Positions 46,182 to 56,366 are shown, numbered from the stretch's first letter. The stretch is DNA of 60,642 bases from Myxococcota bacterium (GCA_036336835.1 JAYZFK010000037.1:1-60642), one strand, 5' to 3'. The notes: generated by a model from the letters alone, not told the origin. A program made the numbers and translations.

Positions 46182-48659
46182 CTATCGCGATCGATCGCCG
46201 GGATCGTTGGACGCGCGCATCCCGGCGCACAGCCCCCGATTCGACACGCGCTCGAGGTTGCGCGCCAATGCAACGGGCCCGACACCGACGTAGGCAGCGT
46301 TGACGACATGAGGCAGGACCGGCTCCATGTAGCGGCAGTAGCGCTTCAGCAGGCGCCGCGACGCTTCGTGCGACCGCGTGAACTCTTTCAGATAGGAGCC
46401 CGTGATGTGGTTCGACACGCCGAAGGAGGACTCGCGCGCCTTCGGCACGTCAAAGTCGAGCCGTGTCCGATTGTCTGTTAGCACCGGGGCGTCCCCGGCG
46501 AATGCTCGCACCGCCTTGTCCCCCATTACGAACAGACCGAGGAACTCGTAAGGGTTCCGCACGCCAATCGACGCCAGGTCGCTGCGGACTTGCTCCCGAG
46601 CGAAGCCGCGCCCAATGCGCGCGAGATCCGGTGGGTTTGGATCCATACTGCCGTTGATCACCCAGCCGTAGAAGTATGGCCCGCGCCAGACCTGTACGTG
46701 CGGAAAGACATCCGCCGCAGTCCTCATGACCATTCGCAGCGCGTCCTCGGGCGTATAGGACACGTTGACCCAGATGCTGAAGATCCCCCCCTCGGCGAGG
46801 CGACTACGCGCCAGCTCGAAGAACTCACGCGTGTACAGGTTCACCACGCCAGCCGTGTGGAGCTCCGGTGGATCGAGACGAATCACGTCGTAGTAGCGAT
46901 CGGTCGTGAGCAGGAAGTTGCGACCGTCCTGGATGGTCAGATGAACTCGGGGATCCGAGAGGACGTTGCGGTTGGTCGCCTCGAAGTACGGCGCCGCCTC
47001 GACTACACCCGGGCTGAGCTCCACGGCGTCGATTCGCTCGACCGGATACTGCGTGAGCGATGACAGCGAGTTCCCGACGCCGAAGCAAATGCTGAGCACG
47101 TTTTTCGGATTTTCGTGGGGCAACATCGCGAAGTGCGCGTAGGAGCGATCTTCGTGCACAGTCGAGGTGCCTGCAGTGCCCCGACCGTCGCCGTAGCGGA
47201 TCAAACGCTGGCCAAGCTCGTCCTCAGTGACCATCACGATGTCGGTGATCTGCTCCTTGTACATCAAGAGCTCGCCGTAGCGCTCCGCGAAGATGGCCCT
47301 GAACAGGTCGCCCGGAATCAACAGGAAAGAGCCAGCAACACAAGCAGCGGCCACCGCCGCAGTGGTAGCGCGCGCCCGCGCACCAGACACGCCGAGTGCA
47401 AAGGTGGTACCGAGTGCCAGATTGGCGAGGATCAGGGCCACGAACGTTCCGGCCATCCCCAGCCACGGAAGCAGCAGAAAGCCGATCGTCACCGAGCCGA
47501 AGATCGAGCCCAGCGTGTTGATCGAGTAGGCCTGCGCCACGCGGCGGCCGACCACGGTCTGCGACTCCACGATCGCGCGGGTCACGAACGGGAACGTGGC
47601 CCCGAACAGGAATGTCGTGGAGAACAACGTGAGACCGGTGACAGAGAAGATCAACACGATCACGCGCCACCACGACCCGAGGCCTCCGATACCCCCCGCG
47701 ATCGCCGGCATCCAGTGCAACAGGCGCATGTAGAACAGCAGCGAGATCAGTACGCTCACGGCGATGCCGATCTGGATGCGCCCGAACACGACGTCGGGAC
47801 GTCTCGAGCGATCGGCCCAGCGCGACGCCACTGCGCTGCCGCTGGCGATCCCGACCAGAAAGGTCCCCAGCATCGCGGTATAGGCATAGGTCGAGTTGTG
47901 CGTGAACTGCTCGAGCGCCCGGGTCCAGAGCACCTCGTAGCCGAGTGCGATGAAGCCCGACACGCCGAAGCCGAGCGTGATGAGCAGCGCGGACCGCGGC
48001 AACCGCCGCGCTTCCACCGCTCCACTCGGCGCCTCGACCTCGCGCCGCACACCGCGGCCAAGCGCAATCGCGACCAGGCCTACCGTCACGTTGAGCGCCG
48101 CGGCCACGGAGTTGGTCGACGCGAGTCCCAGGCTCGGGATGAGCAGGAAGCCCGAGGTCACACAGCCGGCGACCGCACCGAACGTGTTGACGGCGTAGAG
48201 CGCACCCGTTCCGCGCCCGATCGCGTCGTCGTCGTCGACCAGGGCGCGCGACAAGAACGGGAGTGTCGCTCCCATCAGGGTGCACGGAATCACCAGCACC
48301 GCGAATGCGACCAGGAAGCGGGCGAACGTCATCGCCACGCCACCCCCGCCGAAGGCATCGTGGATCCAGATCTCGGCCGGCGCCAGACCGAACAGCAGCT
48401 CGAGCGCGAAGAAGCCCGTCAGTCCGACCCCGACCTCGGCAAGTCCGAAGGCGGCAAACGGGCGTTCGAGTCGGTCTGCGATGCGCCCCGCAAGCATCGA
48501 GCCCAGTGCCAGCCCCGCCATGAACGCACACAGCACGGTCGTCGCAGCGTAGACGCTGACCGACATCGTCAGCGAGAGCGCTCGCATCCACAGCACCTGA
48601 TAGACCAGGCCCGATGCACCGGACCCGAAGAACAACAGATAGAGCGAGCGGCGCGGCAT
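46182..48659 (-). CDS. Multi-TM membrane protein fused to a spermidine-synthase-like domain
   Basis: FFGSGASGLVYQVLW, MGATLP, YAVNTFGA motifs repeated in two halves; C-terminal ICFGVG, VELSP, DGRNFL, YDVI, LYTREFF. Confidence 0.88.
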   Translation of the reverse strand: MPRRSLYLLFFGSGASGLVYQVLWMRALSLTMSVSVYAATTVLCAFMAGLALGSMLAGRIADRLERPFAAFGLAEVGVGLTGFFALELLFGLAPAEIWIHDAFGGGGVAMTFARFLVAFAVLVIPCTLMGATLPFLSRALVDDDDAIGRGTGALYAVNTFGAVAGCVTSGFLLIPSLGLASTNSVAAALNVTVGLVAIALGRGVRREVEAPSGAVEARRLPRSALLITLGFGVSGFIALGYEVLWTRALEQFTHNSTYAYTAMLGTFLVGIASGSAVASRWADRSRRPDVVFGRIQIGIAVSVLISLLFYMRLLHWMPAIAGGIGGLGSWWRVIVLIFSVTGLTLFSTTFLFGATFPFVTRAIVESQTVVGRRVAQAYSINTLGSIFGSVTIGFLLLPWLGMAGTFVALILANLALGTTFALGVSGARARATTAAVAAACVAGSFLLIPGDLFRAIFAERYGELLMYKEQITDIVMVTEDELGQRLIRYGDGRGTAGTSTVHEDRSYAHFAMLPHENPKNVLSICFGVGNSLSSLTQYPVERIDAVELSPGVVEAAPYFEATNRNVLSDPRVHLTIQDGRNFLLTTDRYYDVIRLDPPELHTAGVVNLYTREFFELARSRLAEGGIFSIWVNVSYTPEDALRMVMRTAADVFPHVQVWRGPYFYGWVINGSMDPNPPDLARIGRGFAREQVRSDLASIGVRNPYEFLGLFVMGDKAVRAFAGDAPVLTDNRTRLDFDVPKARESSFGVSNHITGSYLKEFTRSHEASRRLLKRYCRYMEPVLPHVVNAAYVGVGPVALARNLERVSNRGLCAGMRASNDPGDRSR

Positions 48660-48693
48660 AGAAGGGGCTCGTTATCACGCAGTCAGAGCGGCG

Positions 48694-49800
48694 TCAATGT
48701 TCGGGCTGGAGAGCACCGGGGCACTCCGAGGATCGGATTCCGCCGAGCAGCCCCGCGCAACCCAGCTCGCTCTCGATCGCGACGACCGTGGCGGCGTGGC
48801 CGCGCGGACTGGGGTGCCAGTAATCGAGGAACACGTCGCCCCCTCGTTGCGCGTCGAGGAAGTGCGGCAGCAGGTCGACGACCGGCCAGCCCTCTTCTCG
48901 TGCCAGGCGCTCCAGGCGTGACTGAACCGGGTCGGGCCCCGCGTCCGCCGGCCGAAGAAGCAGCCGCCGGTGCGGGAACAGCAGCAGACCGAAGTCGGCG
49001 CCTGCCTTGCGCGCCGCATCGGCCATCTCGCGGTAGCGCGCCGCCAGCCATTTCCACTCCGGGCCCTCGGTGTGCTCGATCGGCAGGGCGCCCAGGTGAC
49101 GCGTCGGCGCATCGATTTTCGCCTGCGTGCGCGCCAGCCACCAGTCGTAGCCGCGCAGGCAGAGCTTCGAGGCGAAGCAGACGCGCTCGACCAGCGAGCG
49201 GCCACCGGTGTCGTGCGTCCTCATGCCGGGGTTCGGAAAGGCGGCATCCGGCAGCGTACCGAGCCGGGTGCGAGCGTGATTGTCGAAGTGGATCGTCGGA
49301 TCTGCGAGGTCATTGATGCAGAACTGCACGAGCACCAGGTCCGGCTCGTACGCGAGTCCGACGCCCCGAAGCAGGGCAGACTCGGTATACGGGTTGTAGC
49401 CCCCGACGCCGAGATTGAGCACCTCGATCCCCGGCAGCGACTCCCGCAGCCGCGACTCGAGCAGGCTCGGGTAGGTCTCCTCGAGCTCGACCCCGAAGCC
49501 GAAGGTCACCGAGTCGCCCACGACCAGGATGCGGAAGCTGCCAGGCGGCTTGCTCAGCGAGCGCTCGCGATCTCGGAAGCCCCGCGCGTTGATCGCATAA
49601 CGAGGTCCGGATTCCGGGCTGGCGATGGCCCCGGGGCGCATTCGATAGAGCCAGTCTGCGTCGGGTTGCAGCTCGTGGATGCTGCGCAGGTCGGTCGCGT
49701 CGACGGGCGCCTCGGCAGCGCGCACGGCGAGCTCGACGATTGCGAAGCCCACCCCAAGGCCCGCGACCACGAGCAGGAGCCGCGACAGCGTCCGCCTCAC
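48694..49800 (-). CDS. SGNH/GDSL hydrolase/acyltransferase, membrane anchored
   Basis: INARGFRD, VVGDSVTFG, GVGGY, FCIND, DYWHP; GTG overlaps the upstream stop. Confidence 0.88.
   Translation of the reverse strand: MRRTLSRLLLVVAGLGVGFAIVELAVRAAEAPVDATDLRSIHELQPDADWLYRMRPGAIASPESGPRYAINARGFRDRERSLSKPPGSFRILVVGDSVTFGFGVELEETYPSLLESRLRESLPGIEVLNLGVGGYNPYTESALLRGVGLAYEPDLVLVQFCINDLADPTIHFDNHARTRLGTLPDAAFPNPGMRTHDTGGRSLVERVCFASKLCLRGYDWWLARTQAKIDAPTRHLGALPIEHTEGPEWKWLAARYREMADAARKAGADFGLLLFPHRRLLLRPADAGPDPVQSRLERLAREEGWPVVDLLPHFLDAQRGGDVFLDYWHPSPRGHAATVVAIESELGCAGLLGGIRSSECPGALQPEH
49074..49132. repeat. 59-bp perfect direct repeat, copy 2 (inside the SGNH CDS)
   Basis: Identical to 46121-46179; encodes RTQAKIDAPTRHLGALPIE. 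Confidence 0.95.
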
Positions 49801-51410
49801 GGCGCGGCAGCCGCCGCCGCCCGCTCGCGGACGGCGTAGATCTGGAAGGCGCCGATGCGCATCGGGGGGCGCACCAGACGCTGTTCGAGACCGGCGAGAT
49901 CGGCGAGCCGGGTTCCCATCCAGGTCTCCTCTCCCTCGACGATCACCCAGCGCGCGCCCCCGTCGCTGCTGTCCAGTGAATCGACCAGCGCGGCCTCGTA
50001 CTGCCTGCGGGCCGGATGTCCCACGCCCGGGTGCGCGAGGCCCGCGTGAAACCAGAGCGACGGCGGCAGCGAAGGGCGACCGCTCAACCCATAGAGGATC
50101 GAGTGATCTCCGATCAACAGGAAGTTCCCGGATCGCTTGCCCAGGAACGTGAGCAGGCGCTCGAGATCGCGAGACTTGACGGGTGTCTTGTGCGGCGCCT
50201 GATGCTGCATCGACTCGAGCCCGAGCGTGCGCATTCGGGTCGCCGTCGCGGGATCGAACTCCATGTCGAGTACCGACCGGGGCACCACGACCTCCCGGTG
50301 AAAGCGCAGTGTATCGGCGACGATGATCGCGCCAACCGCGACGAACACGATCGAGGAGGCAACACGACCGGGCAGGACCAGCACCAGCGCATGACCGGCG
50401 AGAGCCAGGGAGACGAAGATCGGCGCGAGACCGATCTCGGTCTGGTTGGCCGCTGTTCCCAGGAACAGCGCAGACGAGACCAGCAGCGCCACCGCGAGCA
50501 GCGCCGCGCCTGCCGCATCCCGCAGCTCGCCAACGGGTCGCCCGCGTCGGCGCGACCAGCCCACCACGAGGGCCGCCAACACGATCGCGTCCGGAATCGC
50601 ATGGGGCGAGAGCACCGGGGCACGGAGCAAGCGCCCGAACGCCCGTGTGAGCTCGAAGCGGTCGAGTCTCCCCTGCCCGGCCTCGAGCGGCAGGTCGAAG
50701 GCGTACAGCCGCAACATCTCCGGGTCGACCCCGAAGGCAGCGACGGCCCCCGCGGTCGCGACGACCGCCGCCAGGCCACCCGCCACCGCCCAGCCCAGGC
50801 GGCGCAGCCACGCGCGCGGCCGGGGCCAGCCGAGCAGCAGGGTGCACAGCACCGGCAATGCGCCGACCGCCGCCGCGTTCAGCTTGCACAGCACCGCGAG
50901 CCACCACACGGCACCGAGCAGCGCCCAGCCAGCGGCGGCGCCGCGCGCGGAATTCGCTCGGGCGGCCCAGGCGCCCGCCGCACACGCGAGCAGCACGAAG
51001 AAGAATGCGTGCTGCTCGGGATACGGCGTTCCAATCGGCGGATACAGCAGCCAGACCGAGGCTCCCGCGCAGCCGGCCGAGAGCAACGGATTCGCGCGCA
51101 GCGCGCGCAACAGCGCATAGGCGACGACGCCGTACAGCCCGTTGACGAGTGCCGCGTGGCCGAGATAGCTCGACCAGCTGACGCCGAACAGGGCGAAGCT
51201 CACCGCCTGGAGCAAAATTGGCAGCAGTCCTGCCGGGGTGCCGAAATCCCGGTATGGGACCTGGCCCGAGAGCACGCGCCAGCCACCGTCGAACACGATC
51301 GACTGGTCGAGCGGCATCAGCCCCTGGCCGCCGTAGCGCAGCGACAGCCAGACGCCGAGCGCCAGGATCCCGCCGGCAAGGTAGAGATCCCGTCCGCGGC
51401 TCGGCGTCAC
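49797..51410 (-). CDS. GT-C-like polytopic membrane protein
   Basis: First loop LDQSIVFDGGWRVLSGQVPYRDF, multiple TM helices, soluble C-terminal domain. Confidence 0.68.
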   Translation of the reverse strand: MTPSRGRDLYLAGGILALGVWLSLRYGGQGLMPLDQSIVFDGGWRVLSGQVPYRDFGTPAGLLPILLQAVSFALFGVSWSSYLGHAALVNGLYGVVAYALLRALRANPLLSAGCAGASVWLLYPPIGTPYPEQHAFFFVLLACAAGAWAARANSARGAAAGWALLGAVWWLAVLCKLNAAAVGALPVLCTLLLGWPRPRAWLRRLGWAVAGGLAAVVATAGAVAAFGVDPEMLRLYAFDLPLEAGQGRLDRFELTRAFGRLLRAPVLSPHAIPDAIVLAALVVGWSRRRGRPVGELRDAAGAALLAVALLVSSALFLGTAANQTEIGLAPIFVSLALAGHALVLVLPGRVASSIVFVAVGAIIVADTLRFHREVVVPRSVLDMEFDPATATRMRTLGLESMQHQAPHKTPVKSRDLERLLTFLGKRSGNFLLIGDHSILYGLSGRPSLPPSLWFHAGLAHPGVGHPARRQYEAALVDSLDSSDGGARWVIVEGEETWMGTRLADLAGLEQRLVRPPMRIGAFQIYAVRERAAAAAAP

Positions 51411-53665
51411 GCTGGACCCGCCCCCGCTCGCGGCGCTCGCGGCATCGCCTCGTGCCTGCGAAGCCAGACCCCGAGCCCGACCAGCAGCACGATGCCGACC
51501 CCACTCACGATGGCCCCGGCGAGCACCGAGCGCGATCGGTAGCGCCACTCGACCTCGTGCTCACCCGCTGCGAGCGCCACGGCGCGGAAGGCGTAATTGG
51601 CCGTCACATTCTCGGCCGCACGCCCGTCGACGCTCACCGACCACCCGGGATACTGCGCATCGCGCAGCAGCAGCACGCCGGGCGACGAGAGCATCGCCCG
51701 CGCGACCAGACGCTCCGGCTCATCGACCCGAAGCTCGACCTGCTCGCGCCGACCCGCGACGGCGGGCGCGGCATCGATCCGGGCGGTCGTCTGGACCACC
51801 ACCTCGCGAAACGGATCGAAGCCGGGTGCTGTCACGAGCGCGAAGCTGGCATCCTCGTCCGCAGCTGTCACGACCCGATGGTGGATCATCAGCCGCGGCA
51901 ACGGCCTGCGGTAGACCGCGACGCCACCCTGCTCGAAATGCGCGACCTGCCGATAGCCCGCCGCCAGCAACGGGCGGACCTCGCCGGGCGTGCCGGTGAG
52001 GATGCCCAGACCGAGCGTTGCCATCACGCCCGGGTTTTCAGCCATGCCGCGCCACAGCGCGCCTGGATCCATCGGGTGACCGAACACGTTCCACATGCCG
52101 ATGTGGCGAATCAGCCGAAAGACACGACGCGGTGGTACGGCCGCCTCGTGACCCAGTGGCGAGGGCAGCCGATCGGCCAGGAAGCTGCCCGCGCGCAGCT
52201 CGATCTCGCCGAACACGCGCGGCTGATTCGGCAGCGAGGCCCGCAGCGCGTGCAGCTGCCTGGCGCGACCGCTCTGGCGCTCGAGGTCCGGTGCGCGCTG
52301 CGTGCGCCGCGCCGTGACGTCGCTGAAGCCGACGCCCGCCTGGACCACCGCCAGCACCACCGTCGCCAGGCCGACGCGCTGGCGCCACCAGGGCGGTGCC
52401 AACAGCAGGGCACAGCCGACCGCGAGCGCCGCGGCCGACCAGTCACGGTAGAGCGCCGCGAAGCCGGCGACCCCGAAGCTGATCGCGAGCGGCGCGAGGC
52501 GCGGGCTGCTGGCGCGCTCGATGCGATCGATCGCCAGTGCGACCAGACAGGCGGCGAAGAAAGGGGCCAGGTGCAGCCAGCCCCAGGCGAACCGAAACAG
52601 CTTGTACGGGTAGATCTCGTAGATCAGCGACAGCGGCCAGGTCGCCGCAAAGAACGCGAAGCAAAACGCGATGCACCAGGCACGCCGCGATGTGGCGGCA
52701 ACCCCCGCGCCGGTCGCAATCAACACCAGACCGGCTGGGCCGAACAACCCGAGCAGTCGCATGTCGAGGTTCGCTGCGTCGATTGCGAAGCGGGCGATGA
52801 TCGGCTCGAAGTCCTCGTTTGCCCAGGCGATCCGCACGCTCTCGCTGGTGGCTTCGGCGAGCGGAACCAGCTGGATCCCGGCGAGCAGCGCACCCAGCGC
52901 GACGAGTGCCACGACCCAGCCAATGCGACGCACCCGCAGCGGGCCCGGGCCGGCGAGCACCACCAGCCCGAGCAGTGCAGCCGTATCCATGGGAAACTCC
53001 GGAGAGCCGGGCAGCCACTGCAGGCAGAGCAGGACCGGAAGCGCGAGCCCCGCCCAACGGCTGCCCTCGCTGAAGCGGCTCCACGCCAGGAAGATGACCG
53101 GAACGTAGGCGTACTCGAACGTGTAGTGCGCCTGATTGGTCGCCGCCCCGCCCGCCGACTCGAAGAACCACACGACCCCCAGAAAGGCGGCCGGACAGGA
53201 CGCCAACAGGCCGAGCCCCCGATCGCGCAGATACCACACCATCCCGACGCAGAAGCCGACGATGTGCAGCCAGAAGGCCACCTGCAGCGCCGCAACCCGG
53301 CCGAGGACGAGATTGGGCAGCACGACCGGCGGGTAGAGCGCGCTGCCCTGCGACGTCCCGTGCAGCGGCAGTCCGGCAAATTCGTACGGGTTCCAGAGCG
53401 GCAGGCGCCCGGCGAGGTAGAGGTCCGCAATGTACTCGTGCTTCGCGAGATACATCGCGTACAGATCTGCGCCGCCCACCGTCGCACCGAACGGCCCGCT
53501 CCAGGTCGCGAGCACACACGCCACGAGCCCCACCAACACGCCCGCGACGAGCGCCGCGGGCGCGCCTTCGAGCCTACCCGCCGGTGAGATCCGCAAGGCC
53601 CAGTCGCCGAGCAGCCAATCCCTGATGCGTCCCCCTCCCCGTCCCCGTCCCCGTCCCCGTCCCAC
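51407..53665 (-). CDS. YfhO-family membrane protein (GT-C-like); start uncertain
   Basis: GRLPLWNPYEFAGLP and C-terminal DAQYPGWSVSVDG..ANYAFRAV..GEHEVEWRY. Confidence 0.82.
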   Translation of the reverse strand: MGRGRGRGRGGGRIRDWLLGDWALRISPAGRLEGAPAALVAGVLVGLVACVLATWSGPFGATVGGADLYAMYLAKHEYIADLYLAGRLPLWNPYEFAGLPLHGTSQGSALYPPVVLPNLVLGRVAALQVAFWLHIVGFCVGMVWYLRDRGLGLLASCPAAFLGVVWFFESAGGAATNQAHYTFEYAYVPVIFLAWSRFSEGSRWAGLALPVLLCLQWLPGSPEFPMDTAALLGLVVLAGPGPLRVRRIGWVVALVALGALLAGIQLVPLAEATSESVRIAWANEDFEPIIARFAIDAANLDMRLLGLFGPAGLVLIATGAGVAATSRRAWCIAFCFAFFAATWPLSLIYEIYPYKLFRFAWGWLHLAPFFAACLVALAIDRIERASSPRLAPLAISFGVAGFAALYRDWSAAALAVGCALLLAPPWWRQRVGLATVVLAVVQAGVGFSDVTARRTQRAPDLERQSGRARQLHALRASLPNQPRVFGEIELRAGSFLADRLPSPLGHEAAVPPRRVFRLIRHIGMWNVFGHPMDPGALWRGMAENPGVMATLGLGILTGTPGEVRPLLAAGYRQVAHFEQGGVAVYRRPLPRLMIHHRVVTAADEDASFALVTAPGFDPFREVVVQTTARIDAAPAVAGRREQVELRVDEPERLVARAMLSSPGVLLLRDAQYPGWSVSVDGRAAENVTANYAFRAVALAAGEHEVEWRYRSRSVLAGAIVSGVGIVLLVGLGVWLRRHEAMPRAPRAGAGPA
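53629..53663 (-). repeat. Hexamer tandem repeat (GGGGAC) about 6 units
   Basis: Plus strand GTCCCC CTCCCC GTCCCC GTCCCC GTCCCC GTCCC. Confidence 0.9.
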
Positions 53666-53790
53666 TTGCTGGCTCTCCCGAACTGCGCCGGTGCGTTCTC
53701 AGAACGCTGAAAGTCGCGCAGCAGCACCTGCGACGGCAGCTCGCGATGGACAGCAGAGCCGGAACGGGGCGTCGGGCCCGGGCGACACGC

Positions 53791-55452
53791 CTAGCGGAAG
53801 CTCCCCTGGATCGGTCGCACGCCAGGCCGCGACTCGAGCTCGGTGGCGTAACTCACGCCATCCTCCTGGATCGGCGTGCCGCCCACGAGCACGTGACGGA
53901 TGCCTACCGGCGCGTCGGCCGTCAGTCGATCGGCCTCAGCCGGAAAGTCGCAAACGCGCCGGATCGGGCCCGGTGCCACCGTCATCGGATCGAACACACA
54001 GACATCGCCGTGGGCGCCCTCGCGCAGCACGCCGCGTCCCTCGAAGCGGAAGATCGAGGCCAGCTCGCCCGTGAGCTTGTGAACCGCTCGCTCGAGCGGC
54101 AGGACGCCGCGCTCGCGGACCCAGTTGCCGAGCAGGTCGGTCGGCAGCGGCGCATCACACAGCATGCCCACGTGCGCCCCGGCGTCCGACAGCCCGAGCG
54201 CCATCTGCTCCTGCTGGAGCAGGTACTCGATCCCCTCCTCGTCGTCGTTGGCCTGGATGTACCGAAAGCGGGTCTCCAGATCCTCGTCGAAGGACAGCTC
54301 GATCATCGCATCGAGCGGAGACATGCCGCGCTCCTTCGCGATGTCCACCAGCTTGCGGTCGATCAGCTCGCTGTGGACCGTGCTCTCCGCCAGCTCGAAA
54401 TTCTCCCAGCGCGTCGGCAGCGCCGTCTTCGCCAGCGCCTCGAGCGCCCGCGCGCGCCACGCCGGGTCCCGATAGCGCGCCTCGCGCTCCTGGCGCGAGA
54501 CGGCGTGCAGCTCGGCGAAGCACTCCGCCTGGTCGAACGGGAACGGCTCCTTCATCTGCACCTGGAGCGTGATCTTGCGGCACGAGATCTGGGGCCATAC
54601 CCCCGTTCCCTTCTCGCGCTCGACCGCGTGAAGGCTCGCGCCGTGCTGCCACATTCCCGGGATCGCGAGCAGCGCCGTGTAGGTGAGCGGTACGCCCGTG
54701 CGACGTTGGAAGTCGTAGATCTCGTCGAAGGCGAACCCCGTGCCGAGCGTCGCCTCGATCACGCCGCGGCCGAGCTTCGAGAGCTCCATCGCCATGGTCT
54801 CGAACTCCGACAGCTCGGCCAGGCGCGAGCAGACCGGCTTGCCGCCCATGCCGACGTGCGTGGGCGCAAAGCTGGTGGCGAGCCCCGCGGCGCCGGCCTC
54901 CAGCGCCTCGCGCACCGACGCGGCCATCGCCTTGACCTCGTCGTCGGTCGCGGCGCGCTCGTAGGCCGCCTCGCCCATGTGGAAGAGCCGCAGTGCAGTA
55001 TGACCGACGTAGGCGGTGTAGTTGAGCACCGTGCCGCGACGCTCGACCGAGGCCAGATACTCCGGAAAGGTCTCGAAGTCCCAGGGAATGCCCGCGGCGA
55101 GCGTGGCCGGATTCATGTCCTCCACCTTCTCGAGCGTGAGCGCGATCGTCTCGCGGTGCTCTGGCCGCGTCGGAGCGATCGTGAAGCCGCAGTTGCCCGA
55201 GACCACTGTCGTCACGCCGTGGAAGCACGAAGGTGTGAGTGCCGGGTCCCAGAACACCTGTGCGTCGTAGTGCGTGTGAATGTCGATGAAGCCCGGGGCG
55301 ACGACACAGCCACTGGCGTCGAGCTCGCGGGCGGCGCGCAGACCGCTTCCGATCGCGGCGATCCGGCCGTCGCGCACCAGCACATCGGCCTCGTAGCCTT
55401 CGGCCCCGGTCCCGTCGACCACGCTGCCGCCTCGAATCGCGATCTCGCTCAT
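53791..55452 (-). CDS. N-acyl-D-amino-acid deacylase-family amidohydrolase
   Basis: APGFIDIHTHYDAQ, GVTTVVSGNCG, SDAGAHV; SD GGAGG. Confidence 0.9.
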   Translation of the reverse strand: MSEIAIRGGSVVDGTGAEGYEADVLVRDGRIAAIGSGLRAARELDASGCVVAPGFIDIHTHYDAQVFWDPALTPSCFHGVTTVVSGNCGFTIAPTRPEHRETIALTLEKVEDMNPATLAAGIPWDFETFPEYLASVERRGTVLNYTAYVGHTALRLFHMGEAAYERAATDDEVKAMAASVREALEAGAAGLATSFAPTHVGMGGKPVCSRLAELSEFETMAMELSKLGRGVIEATLGTGFAFDEIYDFQRRTGVPLTYTALLAIPGMWQHGASLHAVEREKGTGVWPQISCRKITLQVQMKEPFPFDQAECFAELHAVSRQEREARYRDPAWRARALEALAKTALPTRWENFELAESTVHSELIDRKLVDIAKERGMSPLDAMIELSFDEDLETRFRYIQANDDEEGIEYLLQQEQMALGLSDAGAHVGMLCDAPLPTDLLGNWVRERGVLPLERAVHKLTGELASIFRFEGRGVLREGAHGDVCVFDPMTVAPGPIRRVCDFPAEADRLTADAPVGIRHVLVGGTPIQEDGVSYATELESRPGVRPIQGSFR

Positions 55453-55499
55453 GCCCGATCCTCCAGCGCTCGACGGCGCCGGCCCCAGGGTAGCCCGAG

Positions 55500-56366
55500 T
55501 CAGCCGGTCAGGTCGCGCGGATCGATCGCCTCGCGCTGCTTGCGCTCGGCAAGCTCGGCCGTCGGGACATAGCGGCCATCCACCTTCAGCTCACCGGTGA
55601 CGTGCACCGAGCCCAGCACCTGATCCAGATAGCCGGGCCCCTCGGCCGTCGGGATGAACCAGCCCGTGGGACACATGGTGAGGATCTCGACGAACGAGAA
55701 GCCATCGCCCTTCTCCTGACTCTCGAAGGCCCGGCGCAGCGCGCGACGCGTCTGCGCAACGCCCGCCGCACCGTGCACCGACGTCCGCGCCGCGTAGCTC
55801 GTGCCACCGAGCTGCGCGATCAGGTCGCCAATCAGAATCGGGTGTCCGTGGTAGCCGGCATCACGTCCGTCGATCGAGTTCTTGGTGCGCTGGCCGAGCA
55901 CGCTGGTCGCGGTCATGTGCCCGCCCGTCTCGCCGAAGACGCCGTTGTTGAGCAGCACACAGGTCACGGCCTCGCCTCGCGCGGCGGTGTGGATCACCTC
56001 CTGCAGACCCTCGTTCACCATGTCCCCGTCGCCCTGCAGCGTGAACACGAGCGCATCGGGCAGCATCCGCTTGACGCCCGTGGCGAGCGAGGGCGCTCGC
56101 CCGTGGAGCGACTGAACCAGATCGACGTCGAGGATCGAGGTCAGCGCCGTGTAGCAGCCGATCCCAATCACGCCGATCGCGCGCTGCGCCGCGTCTCTGT
56201 CCACGATCGCCTCGCACAGGCAGCGCAGCGCGAGCGGCTCGCCGCAGCCCGGGCACAGGTCGTGATCCTCGGACAGCAGCAGCGGCGGCGTCATGTCTCC
56301 GACGCGCCGCGCGTCTGCGCCGGGCGGTGCGCTCGTGTCCAGGATTCGTCTCTCGTCCTTGCTCAC
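55500..56366 (-). CDS. 2-oxoacid:ferredoxin oxidoreductase beta (TPP-binding) subunit, Vor-like
   Basis: CPGCG, GIGC, HGRAP, QGDGD..NN, CPTGW. Confidence 0.88.
   Translation of the reverse strand: MSKDERRILDTSAPPGADARRVGDMTPPLLLSEDHDLCPGCGEPLALRCLCEAIVDRDAAQRAIGVIGIGCYTALTSILDVDLVQSLHGRAPSLATGVKRMLPDALVFTLQGDGDMVNEGLQEVIHTAARGEAVTCVLLNNGVFGETGGHMTATSVLGQRTKNSIDGRDAGYHGHPILIGDLIAQLGGTSYAARTSVHGAAGVAQTRRALRRAFESQEKGDGFSFVEILTMCPTGWFIPTAEGPGYLDQVLGSVHVTGELKVDGRYVPTAELAERKQREAIDPRDLTG

Noticed and set aside
46115..49132. Diversity-generating retroelement TR/VR pair, CRISPR repeat or IS ends
   Set aside because: Only two copies, no adenine-specific mismatch pattern, no spacers, and no reverse transcriptase, cas, transposase or integrase gene in the window.
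48694..51504. 936-aa ORF
   Set aside because: Only the last 368 aa are SGNH-like; the rest is Arg/Ala-rich off-frame sequence over the GT-C gene.
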